NCBI RefSeq assembly: GCF_006345805.1
Contig: NC_043011.1
Coordinates: 52,464,464 to 52,528,463, forward strand
From: Octopus sinensis
Lineage: Eukaryota
Length of the DNA stretch: 64,000 nt
Direction of reading: 5' to 3'
Positions 11,053-24,272 of this stretch are shown here, piece after piece (the first letter of the stretch is position 1; every line of letters starts with the position of its first letter). The position numbers were made by a program, and so were the translations under genes. The notes under the pieces are model-generated. The model had not been told where the DNA came from, did no database searches, and saw only the letters and a program-made list of their open reading frames with translations.

Positions 11053-11459
11053 TATTATTAGAATGTAGAGTAGTAATAGTCAATATATTTCTTGGTCATG
11101 GCCGGCCAAGTTACCATTGATTTTGCACCATCAGACTCATTGAATGGAGGCACAAAAACTCTATAACTGGGGGTAGGAAAATAGTATTGGACAGTCAGTG
11201 TTGGGAAAAAAATCTCTGAAACAAAATTCTAGGCTTTGAAATTGCTTGGCTGAGAGAGCAAGGATCTTGAAAAGTTCACTTGACCTGGTGGGGAAGGGGG
11301 GCTTCTTAAACTCCAAATTTGAAATGTTTAGTCGGTGTCCCCATCAGAGGAAATTCTAGTTGAAAACATGAAATTCCCCACATGGGATTAGCAAATGAAA
11401 AGCATGTAGGTATTAACCACTTTGGGACACAACTGGAACCAGTTAAAGGGAGATAACTC

Positions 11460-12050
11460 CATCTTGATCTGAAGGGGTCAAGCTAGCCCAAGTTGATGAG
11501 TTCAAGTATCTGGGCTCTGTTTTTTTACCTAATAGCAGACTGCTGCTAGGAATCAGAGCAAGACTTCATGCAGAAACAACAACCTCGAAGTCACTAATTA
11601 CAGTATAGAAGAACAATGCTCTCAGCAAAAACATCTGATTGAAATTCTAAAAAGCCTTGCTTTGCTTATAGCATTTTATGGGTTTTGAAGTTTTGACCTT
11701 AAAGATGTCTGATACTGAGTAACTAAAAGTATTTGATAAGTAAGTACTGTAGATCAGCTAGGTATCCCATAAAATGAATGATTCAGTCCTGAAGGAGATG
11801 GAAATGGAAAAAAAGTTGGGGATGATGGTCAGACAATGAAACTTACACTATTTTGACCACACTTCTAAGGCCTAGGACTCTGTCCCCACATCTTGGGGGA
11901 GGGGATTGAGTGGATGTGGATAATGACAATAAAGATGATGATGGAACAATACCACCAAGAGCTGGGTGAGAAGACCTTGGTAAAGTGCACAGCTGCAGTA
12001 AGGTACCACAGTATGTAATGAGTGGGGGTTGTATCTGAAGCCCTTAATCC
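11460..12050 (+). pseudogene. Highly decayed RTE-clade LINE fragment (post-RT region)
   Basis: EGVKLAQVDEFKYLGSV...IRARL...LKVFDK...LHYFDH with many in-frame stops. Confidence 0.8.
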
Positions 12051-12482
12051 TCAACCATAATGATAAGTAAATATATGTGTGTGTGTGTGAAGGTATATGG
12101 CCTAGTAGTTAGGCTTTTTGACTCATGATTATAATGTTGTGGGTTCAATTCCTAGGCTTGGTCAGCATGGTTCATCTTATGTTGCTCCAGTCTACTTAGC
12201 TTTTGCTCCCTCCAGATGTCATATCCTGGCTGTTCCATGGCGGCTATGAAGGCTTCTTTGTCTTCTTGAAACTACATGATGGACCTAAAACAATCAGTGA
12301 AAGCATGGGACATGTTAACAAGCCATACTTGCGTACAAATGATGGGTGACTGCACGTGTAGAATTTTGTAACTCCTATTAGCAAATGAAACACATGTAAT
12401 GGTGAATAAAAAATACCAAGGACCTTTCCCAATCTCCTGTTTTGATATGAAATTACTCTATTTTTCCCAACATCTACATTTT

Positions 12483-12870
12483 TAGGTGTAGCGTGGTTGT
12501 GTGGTAAGAAGCTTGCTTCCCAACCACATAGTTCTGGGTTCAGTCCCACTGCATGACACCTCGGGCAAGTGTCTTCTACTATAGCCTCGGGCCAACCAAA
12601 GCCTTGTGAGTGGATTTGGTAGACGGAAACTGAAAGAAGCCCATCGTATATATATATATTTATGTGTATGTTTACCCTTCTGTCACTGCTTGACAACCAA
12701 TGCTGGTGTGTGTATGCCTCTGTAACTTAGCAGTTTGGCAAAATAGACTGATAGAATAAGTACTAGGCTTACAAAGAATAAGTCTTGGGTACAATTTCTT
12801 TGACTTAAACCCTTTAAGGCAATGCCCCAGCATGGCCGCAGACAAATGACTGAAACAAGGAAAAGAATAC
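12483..12870 (+). mobile_element. SINE family A
   Basis: Full-length copy. Confidence 0.88.
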
Positions 12871-13599
12871 AATTTTGTAGTCCTGGAATAAGCAGATATG
12901 CTTCCAGAGGATACAGTTTGGATTATAATCCCTGCAGCCAGTTTAATCTGATGGATCGCCTATACAGCTAAGTGCAAAACCAGCCGTCATTCTCTGACCA
13001 GCCATAACAACCTTCTAAATACATACTAGATATGTGTATGTGTGTGTGTACCCACTTCTCTCAACCCCTAGCGTAAAACCGATCCCCCTCCTCTCGGGGT
13101 AAGTAATCTTGCAAGTTGCATGATGATCTCAATAGGGCTGATGACACGAATAAAGCATTAGGTACAGTTTGTAAGGTAATTGGCATTACGAAGACATTCA
13201 TCTGTAGAAATCAGGCAAAAGCAGGCGTAGGACCAAGATGCAGTTCCTGGACTCATCGAGTCTAAACTGTCCAACCCATGCCAGCTTAGAAAGAGGACGT
13301 TAAATGATGATGATGATACACACACATACAGCCTATTCTGTGTTTTGCTTTTGGCTGACTGCTCACGATAGAGTATATGTCTATTCACTCCATCAACGTC
13401 TTGAGTTCTACATCGGATGCTTGCACCGTATAAAAACTATCTTTATACACACACACTCACACACATATATATAGGAATTTATAAATGCGTGTGTGTCTTA
13501 TATTAGACATTGTAAGTGCCAGTTTGCTGTGTGTTCTACGTAGGTAGAATATAAACGAACATTGACACTTCGTACTACAAAAGTAAGTTATGCTGACAG

Positions 13600-14900
13600 C
13601 AAGTTACGAAGTTCTTCACTATCGGAATGAAAGAAGAGGGGGGAAAGTTTCGTTAAACTGGCCAAGTAGAGTTTTGGCAAAGTAGACCAGCGGAAGTGAT
13701 ATCATGTCGGTGCTATGTAAAGTGGGTTGGAAGACACACTGAGTGGGAGTCAGCGAGAGAGAAGGAGTGATAGCTACAGAGAAAGAGAAAGAGTAACAGT
13801 TTATACGTGCAATCTCGCTTTCTTTCTTTCTCTCTTTTCTCAATATATATGTATGTATGTATGTAGGTATATATGCGTTTGTATATTTATGTGTGTGTGT
13901 GTGTGTTATTCAACCAAGGAAACAGAAAAAGTATATCAAGAATGCACATGCAATTTTTTTCTTTTAATCCTTTCTTTCAAACACCCATACGTTGAAATCA
14001 TATATATACGTATATATATATATATATAAGAAGAGGCATGGAAAAAGTGGTACCAATAGAGTTCAGACAGTAAGAGACAGAGAGAAAAATAAAAAATAAA
14101 CAGAAACTAAAATCTGAGTAGTAGAGAAAGAAAGAGAATAAAAGGGGGCGAAGAGGAAGCGAGAAAGAAAAAGGTGTAGAATAGATAGATAGATAGATAG
14201 ATTGTAAAAGTGATAATGACATGAAAATTTAAGTATAGGAGTGTAAAATAAAAAAATATAGTGTAGGAGTGTTAATAAATAGTTAGAGAAACAAATAGAT
14301 AGATTGTAAAAAGCGATAAAAAAAAGAAAAGCAAGAACGAAGAAACACTGCTTTACATTTTCCTACAACAGAAAGAAATAGAATTATTTATATATAGAGA
14401 GAGAGAGAAACAGAGAGAGATAGAAAGAAATACAGAGAGACAGACATACACTGAAATAAAGAGAGAGAAGAAAGGAGAAAAAGCAGTGAGGTACTTTCTG
14501 ACGTTGACAAAGATAGAGAGGTGGGAGGGAGGGAGAGAAAGAAAGAAAAAATTAGAGAGAGAACAAATGAATGGGAGCTGCAGAAGCAGTAAGGGAGAAG
14601 GCACGAAGTTGTCTCTGCCTTTCTCTCTCTCTCTTCCCTCTCTCACGTCGGCCGGTCTTCCGTAAGTTTAATTCTGATGTCAGCAACGGGTTAGTTTTAC
14701 ATTCAACAGCATCTAGTGGATTTTTTTTACAGCAGTGAATATTTTTTCTGATCAACGGTAAGTACTGATAGAACTGATTAAATATATATATATAAACCCA
14801 TCTACAGAATTGTAACCATCGTCTAAAATTGCTATTTAATGGTCTCAATTCCCGCCAAACTCTTAGAGACCCGCTAACTATATGTGTCTGAGACAGATAT
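13600..14900. promoter_or_regulatory. Putative promoter / first-exon region
   Basis: Repeat-poor with locally raised CpG. ETS-like GCGGAAGTG at 13690, E2F-like TTCCCGCCAAA at 14849, GA-rich tracts, and GTAAGT donor-like sites at 14662 and 14758. Confidence 0.35.
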
Positions 14901-17588
14901 TTATCAGATATATAACATTGCCATTTATGTACATTGACCTTACGCTACTGGCACTTCGAGGTTTTGGAAGATTGTGATAGTTCTTGTTCTTTTAGATAAT
15001 TGCTTTCGGTTTTAGTTATCTGTTAGTATTTCTTTATTGTTTTGCTTTTTTTACTTTTCATTCAATATTGGTATTCCATTTTTTCTTCGGGTAATCCTTA
15101 ATATTTGATACTTAATCTAAACGAGTACGCATCAACAGGTTATGGATATATTCCGATGAATAAGCAACATGTTTTTTTTATTTTCTTCTTTTTCCCGCAA
15201 ACTTATGACCAGTGATTTAATTTTTCGAGAAGTATATACATATACTTTCTGTTACCAGTACAGGTGTGGGTACTTGCACTGTTACTGGTCTCGTAGTCAT
15301 GGTATGAGTAAGAAGGGTGTATGTACGCGTATATATGTATATAGATATATGTACACACACACACACACCTCCACATATATAAACAAGGGGTGTGAACATT
15401 GAGAAAGAAGGTAGGAAACGAAGTTATTTCACACATACACACTGGGAAAAATCCTCTTATTTGTTAATTTGGGCTTAGTACCCGTTGTATTCTTCATATC
15501 TATTCAGATGACCTGTATTTCTTCAAAAGAAAACGAAGGGACTTGTGCCTTATCTAAATAAACTCCCATTATTCGGTGTGTGGAAGCCAAATAGCCAAAA
15601 TAAGAATTTATTGGAAAATAGTTAAATCACTGGGACGAATCAAAATAAATGAATAAATATTAGAAAATTCTGCGGAGTTGGAATCATACGGTTTTTTTTA
15701 AACCCCTATTTTTGTTTATGTGTATACGTTTTCGAATATGCTAAAATATTTTTTCTTTTTAACAAGAAATTGCTTTCAATAAAATATTTTTCTATTGATA
15801 AAACCCAAAACATACAAAAAAACCCTCCCAAAAAACTACAAATTTCTGAAGCAATATGGTCCAAAAACATTTTCTGATAGCGACAGCTTTATTTGATGCC
15901 ATATAAGTATATTCAGTACCTTGTCCTCTTGTGATCACTTCAGATTCCTCAATTATGATTGATGGTAATTAGAGGATTAAGGAATTTTATATGGTATTCG
16001 ATGGTCGGAGTTTGGTAAGTCCAGGAATGGAAGGAACGTTTGATGTTTGACTTCTCGTTTGCTATGACTTCATATTCGGACAGAACAAACATTTGTTTAT
16101 ATTTTGGAGGATTTGCGATAATTAAAGGGAAGTTGGGATGGGGGAAAAGTTATTTTCGGTATTCTAGCATGAGTGAATACTAAAAACTCAGTATTCAGCG
16201 ATGCTACTGTGCTAAGACATGGGGCACAATGCCAATATTCGTTAATAATGAAAATGAAGATAATATTAATTAGGCATGGTTGTTGCTTAGCCCCATGTCA
16301 AGCTTGATTTAGCAGGTACATGATCAAAGATCAAAGGCGTTACGACCGTGACTATCTTTTCTATTTTTTCCTATGTGCAGCAAATCCAAACCTCGCGTTC
16401 ATTTTTAAATTGCAGGGTGATTTTGAAGGAGATTTGACTGCTATTTCTTGTTGTTCGAGTAACCACATATGAGCTACCTTGTTGGTTCTGCAGATGGTAA
16501 TGTCGATATTGTTGTTTGGCACCGAATCAGCTGTACTCAGCCAAATCTATTATAAATATATCAGTCGCGACCATCTCGTCTTTTATCTACACATTTCTCC
16601 TTCCCATTTTCAATTTAAGGCGATATGTGATTTGAGGGAAATTACAGCTTCTTCCAAGACAGATGTGAAGAATTAGACGGTAGAGATAACGGGAAATTCA
16701 TTGTAAAGGTTAATTCCTTTAATAGTTTCCATCAGTGTTCAGTTATGTATAGTTGTTTGGGGGTGTCCCGTACATTGCGGTTTTAAAATGCGGGGTCCCG
16801 TTGCTTTTCAGCATCGGTTTTTGTGGTTCCGTTATACACTATGGTACAGGAATGACTTAATGAGTTGTCCTTCATATACATAAATCCGAATAGAAACCTT
16901 AATAACAGTAGGACTTCAAATATGTAGATTTTATTTTTTTTCTAAGTAAAAAGAGAAGAAAAAACTACACATTTAACGTGGAAAGTATTTAGCGCTGGCT
17001 TCACCAGATTCTTAAGCAAACGACCAAAGAAATCCTACGTAGAACTGGCATAAACAGCATCTGAAATACTGTGCATGTTGGATTAAAGAAATATTATCTC
17101 AATCAATATCTCATTGATATTTACAGATATTATTAAGTATACATATTTGAGCTTTTTAAAAAAAAACTTTATTGTTTGTATTGCATCTTGTTTTTGTTTT
17201 GTCTGAGTTTACGTTTATAATATGAAAGATCGCCCGGGAAGTTATTTCTGTCTTAATACATGTGCGTGCGTGTGTGTGATGGTCAGTAGAACACCTTGTT
17301 ACTAGGCTTGTATCGTAGCGTTGTCTATGGTCAGTTCTGCTTGGGTAGACTATTTGCTCTTAGGTGAGCTCTGAAGGGGCAGGCCTATGATCAAAGGCAT
17401 GCCACCCATGACTACACCGTTTTTTAGACATTGTAACTAAGACCCCATTCAATATGTCTTTCCCTTCTGTAAAGCAGTAGGGCATGCCTTCAGGGACATT
17501 TTGTTATTTCAAGTAGGTTAAACAAACTCGTAGAGGGGCTCCTCTCCCTCGTGCCTTAAAATCTAGCTTGGGACCATTACAAAAGTTA

Positions 17589-17685
17589 GGCGGAGGTAAA
17601 TAATACGCACACCACCCGTTTTCGGCGAAGCAAAAGCCCTAACCCTAACCCTAAACACCGGTTGTGCGTATTCTTTACTTTCGCC
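17589..17685. mobile_element. 97-bp Mutator-like MITE containing (CCCTAA)n
   Basis: About 28-bp imperfect TIRs starting GGCG; perfect 9-bp TSD caaaagtta at 17580-17588 and 17686-17694; internal ccctaaccctaaccctaa. Confidence 0.8.
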
Positions 17686-17756
17686 CAAAAGTTAGAGGTA
17701 AAAGGGGGATCTCTTTGTTAAATGTCTTCAACAATTGTGTCGAAAGACTTTAGTGT

Positions 17757-17925
17757 GTCACGTTTGGGTTGCCTCCGCCGAGGTCGACTTTGCCTTTCAT
17801 CCTTTCGGGGTCGATAAATTAAGTACCAGTTACGCACTGGGGTCGATGTAATCGACTTAATACCTATGTCTGTCCTTGTTTGTCTCCTCTATGTTTAGCC
17901 CCTTGTGGGTAATAAAGAAATAGGT
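17757..17925 (+). mobile_element. 5'-truncated SINE family B
   Basis: ccgccgaggtcgactttgcctttcatcctttcggggtcgataaattaagtaccag... Confidence 0.85.
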
Positions 17926-18827
17926 ATACTGAGCAACATGCATTGTCCGCACCCATCTCTGTTTTAAAACAGCTTTTATATTTGTTATATATTGTGAAGT
18001 CAACTTCTCAACTACATGGATTCGGGTTCAGTCCTCCTGTTTGGCATCTTGGGCCAGTATCTTCCATTATAACCCTGTGTTGACCAATCCTTGTGAGTGA
18101 ATTTGGTAGATGGAAACTGTTCAGAAGACCAACGTGTGTGTGTGCATGCGCGCGTCTTTGCGATTATGTTAGTCTCTGCTACCTGACAACTGGTGTTGGT
18201 TTGTTTATGTCCTGTAGCTTAGCAGTTCGACCAAAAACAGCATTACGGAATAATAAGTTCCAGACTTAAAATAAATACTGGGGGCAATTTGTTCTACTAC
18301 ACCGTCGAGGACAGTGATCCTTTAGCCAGTGCAGTTGTAAGACATTAAGTAAGACATTAAGTACACGGGCCTATGGGGCCCCAACAGATCCAGGAACTCT
18401 GTGCTAATTTGTGTATGTTGTGGCTTGTTGCCTATTAATAAATACTATAAGTTCTAGTGCATTTCTTTGTCTGGGGACGTATAATAAAAGAATATAAAGA
18501 TTTTTAAAAATGTATGTGTTGTAATACTTTTAGCACCAGTTTGTGCTGTGGATCAAAAAGAGCTGTAAATTGCTGATCTGCTGTGGGGATCAAAATAGGG
18601 ACCTGGTTGGACGTGGTTGTGTGGTAAGAAGCTTTCTTTTCAACCACATGATTCCAGGTTCAGTCTCACAGCATGGCACTTTGGGCAAGTGTCTTCTACC
18701 ATCAGGCCATCCAAAGCCTTATGTGTGGATTTGGTTGATGGAAACTGAAAAAAGCCTGTTGCTTCGTGTGTACTGTTGGCAATTTTTTTCCTCTGTCTTC
18801 CCTTCTCTGGATCTTTCCTTCTCCTAT

Positions 18828-18862
18828 GTTTCCAACGAAGAGCTCCGCTCGAAACGTTAAAC
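18828..18862 (+). ncRNA. Decayed minimal type I hammerhead ribozyme motif (Penelope-terminal type)
   Basis: gttt-CCAACGA-a-gagc(tcc)gctc-GAAA-CGTT-aaac: stems I and II and palindromic ACGT stem III are intact; core U4 and G5 are altered. Confidence 0.65.
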
Positions 18863-18954
18863 CCTCCTTCTTTCCTGAGTGTCCAATAATACTATATTTG
18901 TTCCACGTCCTCGCGTCGTTGTGTTTTTTTGTGCTTTCTTGTTTGGATTAACTT

Positions 18955-18986
<32 letters not shown>

Positions 18987-20089
18987 TATATATATACATA
19001 TATAATATATTTTCTTGATTTATTCAGTGTTGCAATCCAACTTCTCTTAAATAAATGTTGCATATTTTACTTCCTGTATTATTTAGACACTATGCCTCTT
19101 TGCCACCAGCAGTGAAAATGGGATGGACAATTTACAATAGATGTCGTTTTGAATGATATAGTGTGGGGTTACATATTGTCGTCTCATTTGTCAAAATATA
19201 TGCTAAAGGATAGTCTTTATATTTCAACAAAGACAGACAGACATTACACTTGAATGTATAATAGGTCTCCCTGATCATCAGATCTGAAGAACAGAACAGC
19301 ATAGCTATCATTCGCAAATGAGTTCAATGGATTTGCTAATTGTTTTAAGTGACTGTGTTATAGTGAAAATGCATACACACACTCCATGATCTCACACTCA
19401 TCAAGGATGTAATAACTGGAATGAAAGTGCTTACCCAAGGACACAATGCACATCTCAGTCTAGGAATTGAACCCATGATTGTATGATCATAGAGTTAACA
19501 CCCAAACCACTAGGCCACACCTTCACACAGATGTGAATAATAATTTTTTTTTTGTCACTTGCTGAGTCTAGAAGAAGAGGTCAAGCCCATGGCTTTTGCA
19601 GCTTCTCCAAGACAGGTGAGCTTGATGCTGTTAATGTTTCAGCTACACTGCTACATGTCAACACCTTCGTAGAAAGACATGAGCAGGAAGGAGATTCTAG
19701 AGGGATGATGTTCTGGGGAGAAAAGATTGGGTATAGTGGGTAGTGCTGGGCTGGTAGGGGATTAGACTTAACAAAAAAGGGTTATGAGAGATGGAGAAAT
19801 GACTAGTTCAGACGAGGCTGGCAAACGGCCATGGTTGGATGGTGCTTTTTACGTGCCACCGGCACGGGGGCCAGGCGAGGCTGACAACGGCCACGATCGG
19901 ATCGGATATACATATTCAGAGAGAGTGAGAGTGAAAGAAAGTTGATGTATAGACATCAAAAGATGAATCCACAATAATTAACAATTCAAGTAATACCAAA
20001 TTGTTAAACTTCCTTCACATTATTAAATTGCAGTAAATCCAGGTGGGACTGACTTGCATGTGTAAACAAATGTTATTCAAGTGAACCTT

Positions 20090-20484
20090 TTCTTTCTTTT
20101 ACTTGTTTCAGTCATTTGACTGTGGCCATTGCTGGAGCACCGCCTTTTGTCGAGCAAATTGACCCCAGGACTTATTCTTTGTAAGCCTGGTACTTATTCT
20201 ATCGGTCTCTTTTTCCAAACCGCTAAGTTACGGGGATGTAAACACACCAGCATCAGTTGTCAAGCGATGTTGGTGGGGGGGGGGACAAACACACACATAT
20301 ATATACATATACATATATACGATGGGCTTCTTTCAGTTTCCGTCTACCAAATCCACTCACAAGGCTTTGGTCGGCCCGAGGCTATAGTAGAAGACACTTG
20401 CCCAAGGTGCCACACAGTGGGACTGAACCCGGAGCCATGTGGTTAGTAAACAAGCTACTTATCACACAGGCACTCCTGCGCCTA
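20090..20484 (-). mobile_element. SINE family A
   Basis: Full-length copy. Confidence 0.9.
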
Positions 20485-21112
20485 TGGAATAACTGGAGAC
20501 AAATGTTATTGAAATGAACCTTTTTCTTTATAAAGATTGTATAACATGTTGAGAATTTTCAGCAAACTTTCTTAGTGGACTTTAAGAAAATGACACTGTT
20601 AGCGAAACATGTAGACAAGAAAATATATCACTCACACAGACCCACTCATGTATATATTTTAGGTGTGTATATATTTATATACATATAACATTCACACATA
20701 TATGTATTCTGTCTACCAGATCCATTTACAAGGTTTTGGTTAGCCTAGGTCTACAGTAGAAGATGCTTGTCCAAGGTTCCACACAGTGGGACTGAACCCA
20801 AAACCACATGGCTGGAAAGCAAACTTCTTTATCACACAACCATATTGCTGCTGCTGAATATCTTGCATTCTGTTTTCAAATCCCTCCAGATGTCAGTAAA
20901 ATAAATCCTAGCAGCTGAGATGACAGAATACTAGAGAGCCATCCAGTGAAGTGAACTCCTTCAATCACTCAGTCCACTTAGGTTGTAAAATGGGTATCAC
21001 TTGATAGTAATAAGCATACTATACAATTTGATATGACTGTGAAGTTGACTAGTTTTTTTGGGGGTTTTTTTTCCATTGGCTTTCAGTGTTTTTATCATTT
21101 TAGTCAGTTGTG

Positions 21113-21262
21113 AAGGCATGTGGCCCAGTGGTTAGGGTATTGCACTTGTGGTCATAAGATTGTGGTTTCATTCCTTGACTGGGCAGTGTTTTGTCTTCTT
21201 GAGCAAAACACTGCATTTCACATTGCTCCAGTTCACTCAGCTATAAATGAGTTCTAGCAGTT
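21113..21262 (+). mobile_element. Older tRNA-headed SINE family (possibly CORE-type)
   Basis: tggcccagtggttagg...ttgagcaaaacactgcatttcacattgctccagttcactcagct; related copies at about 12095, 19380(-), 48015 and 54380(-). Confidence 0.6.
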
Positions 21263-22159
21263 GCTTGGGTCCAAGTTGGACCGACTTTTTGTCCAGTGGG
21301 TGGTGGTGGTGGTTTGCAGTCTCAGTCACCTATGCACTGTCAAAACTAAGTTGGGCTCTGGCCTTATGAGTCCTAAGGGTTCATGACAGACCTTAGTCTA
21401 AACCTAAGTAATTTAGAGAAGGCAGTGCCTGTGGCCCTTCACATGGCCTCCAAGACTGGAAGGAGGGAGGAAGATATCCTCAAACTCAAGTGACCTGGCT
21501 CTAGGTCTTGCTGTAGAGTAGACTCCACCAAATACATCCAAGGTATCATATAAGTGGTTTTAAATTGGATTGCAGATTAAATCCGTTACCCAAGAAGGCC
21601 ACAAGATTTGAACTCAGAATCCAACAGTTCTACCAATCTACTGTCCTGGTTTGGTACTTATTTCCCAATCCTTGGCCTACCAATGCCTTGTGAGTGAATT
21701 TGGTAAACAGAAACTGTATGGAAGCCCAACATATATATGTTTGTCCCCTCCACTACTTGACAACTAGTGTTGGTTTGTTTATGTCCCTGTAGCTTAGTAG
21801 TTTGGCAAAGGAAACTGATAGAATAAATACCAAGCAACGTGCCATTATAGTTAAATATTTTAAATCTTCATCAAGATATTTCCATCATACTTTCACCTTC
21901 CCAAAGAATAGCTTCTGTCAATTCTGTTGTTAGTTTCTAGTTGTAAATCTCAACATTTGCAGAAATATTCAACCAGCTGGAAAAAAAAGAAAGAAAAAGG
22001 TAAATGTATATGTATTTAAACATGAAAGAATGTAAAAATTTTTAATTGGATCAAAGTCAGGAAAGTTTTTTATTTAGCTCCAGAGCAACTCTGACTAATC
22101 AAGCAAGCCTGTTATCAAAGATGTTCAGCTATGATCATCCTATATATATATATATAAAT

Positions 22160-22590
22160 ATTTACTCTTTACTCTTTTACTTGTTTCAGTCATTTGATTG
22201 TGGCCATGCTGGAGCACCGCCTTTTAGTTGACCAAATCAACCCCGGGGCTTATTCTTTGTAAGCCTAATACTTATTCTATCGGTCTCTTTTGCTGAACCA
22301 CTAAGTTACAGGGACATAAACACACCAGCATCGGTTGTCAAGCGATGTTGGGTGGCAAACACAGACACACAAACATATACACACATACATATATATATAT
22401 ATATGTATACACACACACATATATACGACGGGCTTCTTTCAGTTTCCGTCTACCAAATCCACACACAAGGCCTTGGTCAGCCTGAGGCTATAGTAGAAGA
22501 CACTTGCCCAAGGTGCCACGCAATGGGACTGAACCGGGAGCCATGTGGTTCGTTAGCAAGCTACTTACCACTCAGCCACTCCTATGCCTA
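22160..22590 (-). mobile_element. SINE family A
   Basis: Full-length copy. Confidence 0.9.
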
Positions 22591-23039
22591 TATATATGAG
22601 TTTATAGATGATTGCATTATCCAATGTGTCCTTACCTTTTAATAGTAGGATGTTATCTGAAGAGATATTGCTGCTATTTCTAGCAGATCAAGCAAACATA
22701 CAGAGCCTTCCTTTGTTTGACACTGTTAGTCTCCTAGTTGAAAGACCGAAGGTGTGTTGACTTGTGCAGAGAAAATACCAAGAACTTGTTATAGTGTATT
22801 CTTTCTTGGAAACCCTGAATGTAGACCCTCTGCCAGCAACGATCAGGAGTTGCTTCTTATTAACATTCATATTGCATTTTGTGAACAACAGTGTTAGTTA
22901 TGGTTTTATAATGGACCAGTCTCTGCTTCATTTGGTTTCGGATATTGTCTATGCTTCTTGGAAAAAATAAATCCTACAAGGTATTTCTGTTTGATATACC
23001 AGTTTATTGGTTTACCTATTGATGTGTGTGTGTGTGTGT

Positions 23040-23702
23040 GTATATATCCAAAAAAATAAGGAGGGGAACAGGTAGAATATTCTTTTACTTGTTTCAGTCA
23101 TTTAACTGTGGCCATGCTGGAGCACTGCCTTTAGTCGAGCACATCGACCCCAGGACTTATTCTTTAGAATAAGCCTAGTACTTATTCTATCAGTCTCTTT
23201 TGCCGAACCGCTAAGTTACTCGGACGTAAACACACCAGCATCGGTTGTCAAGCGATGTTGGTGGGGACAAACGCAGACACACAAATATATACACACACAT
23301 ATAAAGATATACATATACATATATACGACAGGCTTCTTTCAGTTTCCATCTACCAAATCCACTCACAAGGCTTTGGTCGGCCCAAGGCTATAGTAGAAGA
23401 CACTTGCCCAAGATACCACGGAGTGGGACTGAACCTGGAACCATGTAGTTCGTAAGCAAGCTACTTACCACCCAGCCACTCTTACTGGTTACAATTGTTT
23501 CATAACCAGCTGAAGTTCATTACACAGGTAGTAACGAACACATCATAGCTTAGTTAATCTTCAGGTTGTAGTCACCTCAACAAAGTTTACATTGTCACTG
23601 GAAGTAAATAAATTTGTTTACATAATGAACTTCAACTGGTTATGAAGCAATTATAGTCGATATTCTACTTGTTTGACTCCTTATTTTTCGGATATTCACT
23701 TT
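23040..23702. mobile_element. Tc1/mariner-like MITE with ~75-bp TIRs, left TIR split by a family A SINE (23082-23482)
   Basis: Left end atatccaaaaaaataaggag..gtagaatat [SINE] caattgtttcataaccagctgaagttcatta is the reverse complement of 23623-23700. Confidence 0.75.
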
Positions 23703-23868
23703 GTTAGTAGCAATTAGTTGCTAAACTGTGAGTTGTATGGAGATAGCTAGCTTATCGAAATTCCATTTAACTTTGATATGGGAAGAACTATGCAATTTTC
23801 AATGTTAATAAATATGTGTGTGTGTGTGTGTGTATGAAGACCAGTTGAGGCAAGTGAAATCAAAATCA

Positions 23869-24272
23869 AATTCGATGACTGGCATCCATGCTAGTGGAGC
23901 GCTAAGAGCACCATACGAGTGTGATCGTTACCAGAGCAACAAACTGGCCTCCGTGCCTGTGGCACGTAAAAAGCACCATTTGAGCATGATCATTACCTGC
24001 GTTGCCTTACTGGCACTTGTGCTGGTGGCACGTGAAAAAACATTCGAGCGACGTCGTTGCCAGTACCGCCTGACTGGCCCTCGTGCCGGTGGCACATAAA
24101 AGCACCCACTACACTCTCGGAGTGGTTGGTGTTATGAAGGGCATCCAGCTGTAGAAACTCTGCCAGATCAGAGTGGAGCCTGGTGCAGCCATCTGGTTCG
24201 CCAGACCTCACTCAAATTGTCCAACCCATGCTAGCATGAAAAGCGGATGTTAAACGATGATGATGATGATGA
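23869..24272 (+). mobile_element. Family C RTE 3'-UTR copy
   Basis: Tandem gtgccggtggcacgtaaaagcacc motifs, the aggaagggcatcc core and an (ATG)n tail. Confidence 0.85.

Noticed and set aside
17638-17655. True telomere or chromosome-fusion scar
   Set aside because: Only three repeat units, enclosed by TIRs and a TSD; better explained as MITE cargo.
20066-20530. ~30-bp duplication flanking a SINE, as an unusually long TSD
   Set aside because: The second copy is separated from the SINE end by 14 bp and has several mismatches, so the mechanism is unclear and interest is low.
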